Source: Kondoa subrosea
Lineage: Eukaryota
Direction: 5' to 3'
DNA length: 64,000 bases
NCBI GenBank assembly: GCA_039545335.1
Contig: BCIN01000009.1
Span: 496,001-560,000, forward strand
Shown here: piece after piece, positions 27,156-39,016 of the stretch
Layout: every line of letters begins with the position of its first letter
Position numbering within the stretch: position 1 is the first letter of the stretch
Program-made: the position numbers and the translations under genes
Notes under the pieces: generated by a model
The model's input: the letters and a program-made list of their open reading frames with translations, nothing else
Told to the model about the DNA's origin: nothing
Database searches by the model: none

Positions 27156-28211
27156 ATGTCCGTACCAAACGATAGCAGCAAGCCCGGAGAGCAGTTCGAA
27201 GTAAGACAGACTAGCAGCTCCGAAGACTGGTGAGCGATTCTGCTACCGACAAAGTGACAAAGCTAATACCTGGGCTCCCAGGACTCCCGATCCATCCAAG
27301 AGCTTGCCTTTGAACCCAGCTCGTCAAGCGTATGCACACAAATCACCCTGTCACACGTTGCTGACCTTGTTTGCCCAGGCTTATCGATGACATGTATGTC
27401 TCTTGTCCTTTCAATCACAAGCTCGTACTGACTGGCGATGGATGTCGTAGTCTGGCTTTGTACGGCTGCGAACCTACAGTGGAACGCATCAAGCGCTACT
27501 CCCCGGACTGTGTCTATGATGATCAGTTCGTGTACGCAAACGATCGCTACAAGGTGAGTCTGTCGTGAACGTCTGTTTATCACGCTGATAAAGTAAGCAG
27601 ATGGCCTGCCGTAAGCGAGAGCCACCTGCTGCAAGATTGCATTACTGAGGACGTTGCGTTGTATTCGACTTACAGAATGGGTAGCTCTGCCTAAGGGGTT
27701 CAAAGAATCAAAGAACGAACGCTACCAGATTGTCAAGAATGAGCAAAACATGATTCAGTTCCGCAATGAGCAATCTTGGACTTTCAAGATCATTCCCAAG
27801 ACTGCCACAATCAACGCTCTGGTCACTCTATCGCTTGATCCAGCTACTTCCGACTCTGATTTCATTCAGGTCAAATACGTGCGTAATTCATGTTTCGTCC
27901 GATCGTTGGGGTCTGAAAATGCTTTGCAGCACAAGGATCAAGCTAATGAGAAAGACTATGCCCATGAAGGATTTGCATTCGCCATGAAGAAGCTTCAAGT
28001 CGAGATTGTACCTCATCTCTTCAACGATAAGAACCCTTGTAATTCAATCTTGTCACTTTGGGTTATCACATGCTGATTCTTTGAGGTCAAAGTGATTGAG
28101 CCTTTCGTAGCCGACAAAGGAGCTGCAAAGGAAGAGGTGCACAAGTTTGGTAGCGGCAAGCCTGAGCACCAGGACCCGAAGTCTCAAGCACCTATCAAAG
28201 ATAACCTTTAA
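27156..28211 (+). CDS. Fungal NTF2/SnoaL-like protein
   Basis: LYGCEPTVERIKRYSPDCVYDDQFVYANDRYKMACQWVALPKGF...NEQSWTFKIIPKTATINALVTL...IQVKYHKDQ; fold assignment is by recollection of the family. Confidence 0.65.
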
Positions 28212-28531
28212 AATACGAGGATGTGTAATATGCAATGCTTTGCCAATTGATAGACTTTGTCCAATATGCTTCTTTTCGATCAGTTCGTACTCTCCACAGC
28301 GCTCGCACAAAGCATCTGTAGCAACGACATGAAGATGCTGCTCGATATGCTTACTAAGCAGCTGTCAGGCCTTCCTCACTGTTCAGAAACGCGTACATTT
28401 GCCCAGATATTGTCATATTACAGTCAGCAGTAGTAAAAGATGTCTACCATCTAAAGAGACCGCCTCTTTGAGACAATTGAATCATTGTTGTTTTTGCATT
28501 TTTTGAAGTTGCATTGTCTTATCAGGCGACG

Positions 28532-31500
28532 ATGTCAGGCTTTCAACCCTTGAAGAAGGTGCAACCACAGAAGCGCAAGTCTTTGTCCACAAGAAACGAC
28601 AGCGAGAGTCCTCCAAAACGTCGCAAGAGCAATCCCATCAACGAACTTTTAGATGATTTCGATGTACTTGATTCCAAAGTGACTAAGAAGGCTGTAGCTC
28701 TCAGCAAAGGTATCAAGTTACCTAAAGCTTCAACTAGTCGTTTATCTGTCCCGAAAACTGGAGTGTCGATGTCCCAAGCTGGAGATATCGAGGAGCTGTA
28801 TTTCTCGGTAAGCTCTCTTTGCAATCCAGTATGTGATAGGCTGATGACGCTGCATAGTGTATGTGGTATGTGTCATGCTCGCTTGTAGGCGATATCGTCT
28901 GACAGGACTTCAGGCGAAAGCCTCAAAACAAGAAACACAAGACTTGGGAGGGAGACGGAGTTCTCATTGTCCGTGGCAGTCGAGCTGTACTCAAGGACAA
29001 AGATACAGCTAAGGAGTGCGTCTGCTTCCTTATCGTCTTACTTTCTCTCAGCCAACATTGGATTGTTCAGCATCGCATCTGGAAGTTGGAAAGGCGATTC
29101 CCTCTCCTCAGGCGATATGATCACTCTAGGAGGTAAAGAAATCGAACTGGATGAACCTATTCCAGCTACCGATTACCTCGCTGGTCTACCTTTTCTTTCT
29201 ACTCAGTCCATTGCCGCAGCAGTACCGACTGCATCGAAAGCTTTCAAAGCTCCTAAACCTACATTCAAAGATCCAAATTGGGGTGGAACAGGTGCTTCTA
29301 GTACGAAGAAATCGAACAAAGAACCTGTGCCCAGATTTGATCCGAAAGCTGAAAACGCAATTGTCATGACTCGACCTGATAAAGCTCACGAAACGAGATT
29401 CAACAAGAAGAATCTGCCTATCGTCGATGTGGTTATCGATCCGCTGATTGCGAAATGGTTAAGACCTCATCAGCAAGAGTGCGTTAGCTCACTTCGGTGA
29501 ACAAGGCAGCTGATTTTAGTCCAGAGGTGTCAAATTTCTTTATGACTGTGTCATGGGCTTGAGAGGAGAAGGTCAAGGCGCAATTCTGGCAGATGAGATG
29601 TAAGGTTCCTCTCTGCGTCGAGTTTCTATTTCTGACATTTATTCGAAGGGGTCTGGGAAAGACTATCCAAACCATCGCTCTCATCTGGACTCTTCTACGT
29701 AGGCACTGTTGCCTCAAAATGTTCTGCAGCTCATCAGTGTCGATAGGTCAAAATCCTTACTTTGGTGATGGAACAACTCTTCAGCGTGTTCTCGTCGTCT
29801 GTCCTGTAACTTTAGTTAAGGCGAGTTGCTCGGTTTGCCCAATCTCCAAGCTGACTTCTTCTCCAGAATTGGGCAAAAGAGTTCAAGAAATGGCTCGGAA
29901 CGGATCGTATTCGCGTCTTTGTGGTCGATGCCAAAACGGATATCAAGTCCTTCTGTGCTTCCAAGACGTTTGAAGTTCTCATCATTGGCTACGAACGGCT
30001 TCGTACGGTGGTTGATGATATCAAGAAAGCTCAACCTCCCGTTGGTTTGGTGATTTGTGATGAAGGACATCGATTGAAGACCGCTGGAAACAAGACTACG
30101 CAAGCTTTGAATATGTTCAACACTGCTAGAAGAGTCATCTTGTCTGGTACTCCGATCCAAAACGAGTTATCCGAATTGCATGCTATGGCAGATTGGGTCA
30201 ATCCTGGCATTTTCGATACTTATGCTTGTTTCAAGAAGTAAGCACAATCTGACCATTCATTTGCCATGCTAACCGGCGATCAGAATCTATGAACAACCTA
30301 TTTTGCGTTCTCGAGAGCCTGCCTGCACAAAGGAAAACTCTCAACTTGGTTTAGCGCGTGCAGAGCAGGTTGGCAAGCTTGCTTTGTCATAATAGCGATA
30401 ACTGATCACATTCTAGCTCGGTCGCATCTCTCGAAACTTTGTTCTGCGTCGAACAGCCGAGATCTTGGACGGTTATTTGCCGCCAAAGCGTACGTAACTT
30501 GTTTGCGAACGATAGTTGGAACGGGTTTCTAACGCGTACTTTTGCAGACGAGCATGTTGTTTTCATCCGTCCGAGTCAAATCCAGCAGCAAATCTATCGG
30601 CATATTTTGGATACGCCAGAGTTCCGTCAAGCTTTCTCTTCTGGTGGCTCTTCTCATCTGGTGCTTATTTCGACCTTGAAGAACCTTTGCAATACACCTG
30701 GTCTGCTGCTCAAGAAGCTGCAAAAGGGAAAGAACGAAGGTGTTTTTGGTTCTGGAGTGACAGATTTGCTTCAAGGTATCAACAACCCAAACGATGTAGC
30801 TCTTTCGGGTAAGTTCGAGAATGGGGAGCAAGAGTTGTTTTGCTGACGTACTTGCAGGCAAATTGCTGGCGTTGGCTTCTCTTCTTCGGATCCTGAAGCG
30901 AGACACTGACGAGAAAGTTGTTCTGGGTGAGTCCGGTCTGCAGGTCTTGTACTCGATTGAATATGTTTCAGTTTCCAACTACACTTCCACTCTTGACATC
31001 TTGGAAGAGCATTGCAAGAACATGCGCTATCCTTATTGCCGGCTCGATGGCCAAACCGCTCAAAACAAGCGTCAAGAGATTGTCGATTCTTTCAATCGCT
31101 CACCACAAAAGCAACAATGTTAGCTTAACCTTTGCCATGCCATATGTTTGGACTAATCATCTTTTACTAGTCATCTTTTTGCTCAGCTCGAAATCTGGTG
31201 GTGTTGGTTTGACTATTGTCGGAGCTAGTCGATTGGTTTTGTTCGATTCGGACTGGAATCCTAGTAATGATTTGCAAGCTATGGCGCGCATTCATCGAGT
31301 CAGTGTACTGCGAATCCAGCGCTTTCCTCGCTGAAATACGTTTTCAGGATGGTCAAACAAAGCCTTGTCACATTTATCGCTTCCTCACAACTGGCACAAT
31401 GGATGAGAGTAAGCGTCAATTTATATAACAGAAGGCAGCTGACACCTTTCGCAGAAATCTTCCAGCGTCAGATCATCAAGACTGGTTTGGCTGGCTCGCT

Positions 31501-32132
31501 GATGGAATCTGGGTTGGCTGGAGGAAAGTCAGACGCCTTCACACTTGAAGAAGCAAGTCACTTTCCGCTCGAAAGTTTGAATGACGCTGATGCTTCTAAT
31601 TAGCTTCGAGCGATCTTTGCCTTTCATGATGACACAAATTCCCAAACTCACGATCTTCTTGCTTGTCAATGTCAAGAGCGCAATGGAGCCAATCTGGATC
31701 GGCCAGACGAACCAGAAGAAGAAGCTTGGGAAGCGCCAGTCGTAGCTTTCACGCGCGCCGACAAGCTGAAACCAGTCAAAGTAGGATTCACTACGATATG
31801 GTACGATCCATCTGACCTCTTGATAGGAAATCGACAACAGGAAACGATTGGCTGTTCTCAAGAATTGGACACACATCGATGCAACTGATGAAGCAAGAAT
31901 TGAGGAGATAGGCGACGAAGTACTCAAAGAGATGGTTGGCGAAGCATTGAGTGCCAACCAGGTCCCAGGCAAGAAGCGGAAGATCACAAAGGAATCCAGC
32001 AGCGACACCGACACTGAAGCTGAGTCTGGCACTCCTGACGAAAAACCCGCAACACCTTCTGCAATCTCAAGCGGAGCAGTTACTTTCATCTTTTCCAAAG
32101 CATCTTCAACTTTCGACAAGATGCCTGCATGA
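28532..32132 (+). CDS. RDH54: SNF2-family DNA translocase Rad54B/Rdh54
   Basis: N-terminal [83 protein letters not shown]. Confidence 0.92.
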
Positions 32133-32260
32133 TTTGGAATTTGTGTATTACAGATGAATGCGCGATGCTACGATGCGTATGCGTATACTGTTGTACAATT
32201 GCTACAAGTCTGCAACAGACTATGCTACGAACGAATTGTTTCGGAACTCTCACTGGCGCT

Positions 32261-34406
32261 CTAGGTCTCTTCTGACTCCGTCGCGCTAGCACTGGATTCG
32301 CTTGCGATTTGTCGGAGTTTGACAGCTTGCCTCTCGAGTTTACTGATTCTGGAACCAGAACTTGGAAGCTCAATGGATGGCGGAAGTTCTTGGGACCAGG
32401 ATCGAGACATCAGGGTAGGTGTCTTTTCTTCTATGCTCTATGTGAAGCATCAAATCAGATGAAAGTTGTGTCTGTAATGACATCGACTTGCCAGTGTAGA
32501 AATCTCGTCCTCGACTTGACGCAACAAACCACCGATCTCACTGTCTCTCTTTCCTCTTGCCCAACCGTCCAAATCGAGCGTCTCCAGATTAGCCAAATAT
32601 CTGGCTCTAAGCGCTTCATCCGAATCGATCAACCTTATGCGCAACCATTCAGCGAAATTTGGACTTTGTACAAAGCGATTGTAGAATGATATTGCCCCAT
32701 GAGATGCAACAGACGAGGAACCAGGCATACGACGGCTCTTGAACTTCAGAGGTGTATCGTATTGTTTGATTGAAGTAATCAAGTCATCTGTACTGAAAGC
32801 TGAAGAAGCAGAAGGTTTGTCAACAGCTTTTGTGTGTGGTTGAAGTGTAGCGAAGTATCGGTTCAAGGGAGTTAGCAGACTTTGACTTAGTTCGCTAAAG
32901 TGTCGGATCAGGATAGCATCCGCTTGTAGATCTAGAAAGTGAGTTCAATCAGCTGCTGAATAAAGGATCGATAAAGACCGACTAACAATCTCCCGCTTTT
33001 ACTCTATCCTGCGCAGACTTAAGCACCTCATCGTCTCGTTTTATTGTCCTCTTGCGCTCCGAAAAGAATCCACTCTCTCCATTTTGAGCTTCCTTGAAAC
33101 TATGAGACGCGTGCAATTTCGATGTAGAACCAAAAACATTGGCTTGCGCTGAGCTTGAATCGTTGTGCATCGTCAAGACATGTGGCCAATGTCTACAAGC
33201 TGAAAAGAGTAGGGGACTAGTACAACCGATAATGTAACCTTGCCGTGGAGCGTTATTATTTACAATGCTGGAAAAGTTGTGAGAGTGGATATGTAGATAA
33301 GGTCTGTAGTCGCCTCCAAATCGCATAGGTCGGATCAAAGCAGCCAGCCACAGAACGGCTTCCGTGCAGCGAGCTAAATCGCCAGGACAGTAAACGAGAA
33401 TAGATTCGCCCAAAGCTACTAGTTCCCAAAGGAGCCAGAGCTTGGAAAGGTTTTGTTGAAAGAGCATAGAAAGAGGTGTAAGAGGACAGGAAGCGAGAAT
33501 AACTCGAGGCAGACGAAGATTGGTTAACGACCGATTTTCTTGGTGCATCTGAGCTGTGCCGGTCAATGGCAGATCAACTTGGTACAAAGTACCAAGGAAG
33601 TGTAGTTCAAGTGTGGTGCCTTCTATCGGGTCAGGCCAGCGGGCAATATCTATTGGCAGATGAACATCACACATAAGGAACTGATTGGCAGAACTGACTG
33701 GCAATCGCTACTTCTATTATAGCGCTCGCCTGTGATTCTGGTTTCATGTGCAGTGGACCGAGTGCATTCATCAATGTAGAGAAAAGACCCAGGAATTCTG
33801 GCTTGTGAGTAATGAAGACCAAACTTCTTTGAGTATAGTTTCTCCGGAATGCCTCCGATTTTTGTTGCGAGAAGCTAACGTGGCCGTATAAGAAGTCGTA
33901 ATTTGCGTCTGTTTCGAGGTTCTTCCTTGCTCGATCACGAGGTACACGCCAGGAAAAGGTCGAGAAAGCATTGCCTGTTTGACCTTGAGTTGAAGCGGAA
34001 TCAGGGAAGGAAGAGAAGGCAATATCGCTCAACTCAGAAGCTGAAAAAGATGTATGAGGATATAAATTGTCGACATCATTGCCCTTGTCGAGATCAAAGT
34101 TCTTTCAACAAGTTTCAGCCAACAATCACAGTGATCGAGAAGAAGCAAGCGCACGACTATTGCAACACACAGACAGTACCGTCTGAGGGCTTTGAGAGTT
34201 GACGCAGGCAGGACCGAGCTTGGCAAAGCAATACTTCGCGTCAGAGTGTTCTTTCGAGTACGCGCTTGGACTGGTGTGACACTGCCAGCAGAGGAGCTGC
34301 GCTTTCTTGCCATAGAGATCCGTGACGGCCTGGGGGTTGATGCATTATTATTTCCTTTGGCCGGTGTAGTCCAGCTATGTAGGCCATCGGACAGGTCTGT
34401 CTCCAT
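32261..34406 (-). CDS. DENN-domain protein DENND6/Afi1-like (Rab GEF family)
   Basis: IAFSSFPDS, YGHVSFSQQKSEAFRRNYTQRSLV, LWLLWELVALGESILV, DYRPYLHIH, FYNRFVQSPNFAEWL. Confidence 0.82.
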
Positions 34407-34519
34407 TCCTAGCGCGTTTCCTTCCCTTCTATATCCCAGCTGCTCGTGGTATATTCATTCTTGCGAGTCCTTGCTTTCGAACAACAGACCCAAATGTTCA
34501 ACCTTCGAGAGTCTGCCTA

Positions 34520-36658
34520 ATGGCTGCTTTGCCCATGCCCACACAGACGCAGCCCAGTCCAAAGAGTCGCAGCGACATTACGCGCCTGACTGTAGATGCG
34601 CCTGGAGCATCAAAAGTCAGCTCAGCATCAGCTGCACCTCGCTGGCGGACGAACGAATTCTATGTGTACTATGCTGTTCTCTTCCTCATTACGATATATA
34701 TGGTCATCGCTCCGGTTAGACTCAGCTCAGGTAGCCAGCGTCTGCCATTGTGTCAATCAGCTTGTATTGACTGTGTGCACCTTTGTAGCATCGCATCCAA
34801 ATTACCCTATATATGCCCACAAGCTGAGTCCTGGTTGGATCTTCGGTCGGCAAATTGTAGGCTTGTTTCCAATGGATAGCAATACAAGTCTCAAGCAGTT
34901 CTCAGGATAGATCAGATCCGCAATATGGTCAATTTCGAGCCGGTTTTCCTTCTCTCGCTATCCTAGCTTGCGTATATTTAGCCGTTTCCAAGATATTTGA
35001 TAAGCTGTCTTTTGCAAGCCGATCACCAGAAGATCGCCTTTCCGCGCGTCTGAACTTTCTGACTCCCGTCGGCCTTATCTTGCTCTTTTTATTGCATGGA
35101 GCATCAGCTATTAAAGTGCTGGTCATCCTCGGCCTGAATTATAGAATCGCTCGGGCCAAGTTGGATCACCGCTTGAGTTTGCTTTGCATTTGGTCCTTCA
35201 ATATTACCGTACTTCTCGCCAATAAGGCATACGATGGCTATCGATACGGCAGCATACTCTCTTCACTAGCCTATCTGGTTCGCTCCTTTTCCCTTCATCG
35301 AGAATCTCAGCTGAACTCTAAAGCAGGACCGACCGCCTTTCAATGGTTTGATACCAAGGTGGCAGATACTATTCAACATCACAACTTTGCGAGCATTATC
35401 CTATTCATTGGACTATCGAGACGCGTTGCGAAACAATGTCAGCACCAGATGTACATCGAGCGATCTACTCGCTGATATCTCCGCTGTACTGACAGCTCGA
35501 TCCTTTGATGATGAAGAGCTTCAACTTCACGTCCTACCTCGCATATCTTCTTTATCCTCCTTTGTACATCGCCGGTCCAATAATCACTTACGGCGATTTT
35601 ATCACTCAAGTAAGCAGTACAATGGTCTGTATGGCAAAAGATGCTTATTCAATGACGTAGAACAAAACTCCGCCTAACATCTCAAATCGCTTTCTGGCGT
35701 CATACGCATTTCGCTTCGGCGTCTGTTTCTTAACAATGGAAGTGATGCTCCATTACATGTATGTGGTCGCGATCAAAGATGCTGGTTCTGTCACTGGAAT
35801 AAGAGCTTGGGCTGGTGACACGCCTTTTGAACTAATGATGGTGGGATTCTGGAATCTGAAAGTCATCTGGTTGAAGGTCAGTCTCCTGTTCGATCGGCTC
35901 TTCTCCTTATATTGACTTGTTACCTGTTCAGCTACTCATACCTTGGCGCTTCTTTCGATTATGGGCCTTGTTGGACAATATTGATCCGCCGGAGAATATG
36001 ATCCGCTGCGTTCTGAACAACTACAGCGTTACTGGTTTTTGGCGATCATGGCATAGAAGCTATAACCTTTGGATCCTGAAGTGAGCTTACTTCGCTTCAA
36101 TAGCAGCAATAGTCTGATGGTTTGCAAAGGTATATTTACATCCCGCTTGGTGGATCTCAAAACGCTTTTCTCGCAACGGCTGTGGTTTTCACTTTCGTTG
36201 CGCTATGGCATGATATATCGCTGCAACTACTCGTATGGGGCTGGGCTGTCAGTATATTCGTGGTTCCCGAGTTAGTTCTCAAGAGAATCATTTCGGAAGA
36301 AAAGGTCAGGTTTGGTTTATATGACATGGGCGACGCTGAATAGTGCATTCTCAGTTTGGACATCATACGTGGTATAGACATCTGTGCGCTCTAGGATGTG
36401 TTGGCAATGTACATATGCTGCTTAGCGCCAACTTGATCGGATTCGCAATTGGTGTCGAAGGGATGAGATATCTAGTTGATCAAATGTTTGGCTCGATACA
36501 AGGTAAGTCTTCATCACGCTTTCAGAGCGGAATGGCTGATCAGCTACAAAGGCTTCACACCGTTCTTGATTTGGTCATTCTATCTATATTGCCTCATTCA
36601 GGTCATGTTCGAGTATAGAGAGGAAGAGGCACGGAATGGCATCAACAGGAAATGCTAG
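34520..36658 (+). CDS. GUP1: MBOAT O-acyltransferase Gup1
   Basis: [105 protein letters not shown]. Confidence 0.93.
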
Positions 36659-37124
36659 TATTTTCCCCTGAGAGAATGGGAAAGTACATATCCAGTCTTT
36701 TCTCGTGTCGCGAAAGCTCATTACGTTTGTGTACAGTCGATAGTCACAAATACCCCTCATAGACTTACAGCATGTACCTTTCGTGGATGCGAGACACAGT
36801 CTCAGCATCCAACGACCATTTGAAATATATGACGGCTCAGATGTTTGGCTCGTTTCAGAATGAATGAGACTGAAGCAAGAGAAGCATGCAAGCTCATGCT
36901 TTACAGGCTTCCCACCATTCTGTTTCTGGTCCTTTGCTGTCTACTGCGCGGTTCAGATCTTTTCATTTCGGCAGGCTTTCCTTTAAACCTGAACCTTGAA
37001 GCTTAATGATTCATCTCATCGACTCGTTTCAAAGCCGAGCAAGCGCGAAACGGAGTGAACAGGAAAAGCTAGCTGGTCAAGGAATCGTTCAGGCCGGTTG
37101 CGCTTTCGAGTGCCTTTGAACAGT

Positions 37125-38943
37125 TCATTCTTTCTTAGGTTTCGAATTGACTACAATGCCCTCAATCAAATCTACTGCATACATCTTGCGCGTCATAGTA
37201 TTGAAGATGGTCCCGAAGCAGAGCGCTGTGAAGAAGGTCAGCTCATTAGACTTCCAGCAAGAATCTGTTGCTTCTCACCTAGTAGAGTACAAGACATTAC
37301 AATCACGTTGTATGGCATCGAGAAGTCTGGTGTGGGCATATTGACGAGAGAAGAAGCGGAGTAGACTCTTCGGAGAGAGGATGAGGTTGGATCGATGTAA
37401 GATAAAACAGCACTAGGCAGTGCGAAACCGCGCATTGCATCGCTTGGATACTCCGTATATCTCAGATAGCCTTTCTCGTAGTCCAAAGTGATCCGCAAGC
37501 GACTCTGGGGTGGCAAAGCAAGGCGTGCTTCAATAAAAGTAGGTGAAACACGATCGTCAGCTGGTTCATAGCGAAGTCCAAGAAGAGAATCGCTAGAGGT
37601 TGTGTTGAGTTTGCCTTCTAGGTCTTCGACTTCGAATTGAATCGAGTGCATGAACAGCCTGATCCACCAAGGCCACTCCTCGAGCCAGGTTGCGTTCACT
37701 GCTTGAGGTGAGGTGTTGCTAATCAGGACACCTATCACGCCCCTTTCTTGTCCGTATCCAGTCATGAGACGTTCTATCGACACAGGAGAAGTTCGTAGGC
37801 GCCCAGGTTCTGTTCAAACAGACTATATTGAGCCGATTACAAAGTTGGCACGAAGGGGACTTGCCATGAGTAAAGAGGGACTCAGCGGGCCAAGTGGAAG
37901 CAATTCTCGCTTGTTGATCCATTACTAACCGTAATGCCGCATTGCTGCTTTCCCATTGATCTTTTGCTGGAAAGAGTACTTGGTCTGAAGTGACATCCAA
38001 TAATTCCAGGACGCTGCCGTCTCGAGCTAGACCGCAATTCTTAGGCAATGGTTTCCGACCGAACAACATCTCGAAATCCCAATCTCTTCTTCCTTTTCCA
38101 CCTTTCGCTCTCTCCAGGCGAGGTGGATCATACACCGCATCGATCTCCATCAATAGATTGATTCGATCACCGTCCGCTTGAGTAATGTGTACTCTGATTT
38201 TCTGCCAGTTCGTATCGAACAACTTGTGTGGGTTGAGCAGAGCTCCAAGACCAGCTTTGTTTCTGCATGGCAACAAACTTAAGAAAGGCGTGAGATTTTC
38301 GGTACAAGGATGTTCTATAGGTAGTAATCCGTGTCGTAGCGAATGCGTCTGATTTAGGGCAGAAGGGAAGGAATGAGAAGGAGAAGTCGTCTTCGTAATG
38401 TCCAAGCGATTGAGAGAAGCGCAGAAAAGACCAGCTAGACTGTTGGTCAAAGCTTTCCATTGATCTCTGAATCCTGATAAGCGTCCTAGCTTGTTGAAAT
38501 ATAGCAGTACTTACGGATTCTCGAGATATGTCCAAAGCTCTGCACCGCTAGGAGAAGCTTCATGAGGTGTTTCGCCCCAGCGGTCATACTCCCATCTACC
38601 AGAGACCAGAGACAGATGTAATTCACCTATGCCAAAGGCTCGGATGATGCTGGCTATCGGTCGAGGGAACTTGTCGAATTCGAAGACTTCGTCATCTTAT
38701 ATCAGCTTTCGCCTGTCTCAGGTACGATAGACACGTACAGTCGATATTATTACCATATTCGGAGCCATAGATACTTGATGCAGAGGCAGAGAAGTCGAAA
38801 GAGAAGTGCGCAAGCAGCTTTCCATCTGCTAAAGGCGTGAGCTGAAGTTGCTCAGCGTATTCATCTGCTGCCTGGGCCAGGGCATTGACGCGACGCAGTA
38901 AGAGTAGCGCAGTTAGGCAGCCTTTGTAAATCGCGTAGTGCAT
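37125..38943 (-). CDS. GPI16: GPI transamidase subunit PIG-T (alternative in-frame start at 38988)
   Basis: EQLQLTPLADGKLLAHFSF, LHLSLVSGRWEYDRWG, LAGLFCASLN, EHPCTENLTPFLSLLPCRNKAG, YTEYPSDAMRGF, PTPDFSMPYNVI, C-terminal TM segment and KKE. Confidence 0.93.
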
Positions 38944-39016
38944 CCACAGGTCAAAAGAGCCTCGCTCCAGAATTTCTCGAAAGGCCATATGCTATTGTAC
39001 AATTATGCTAGAAGGA

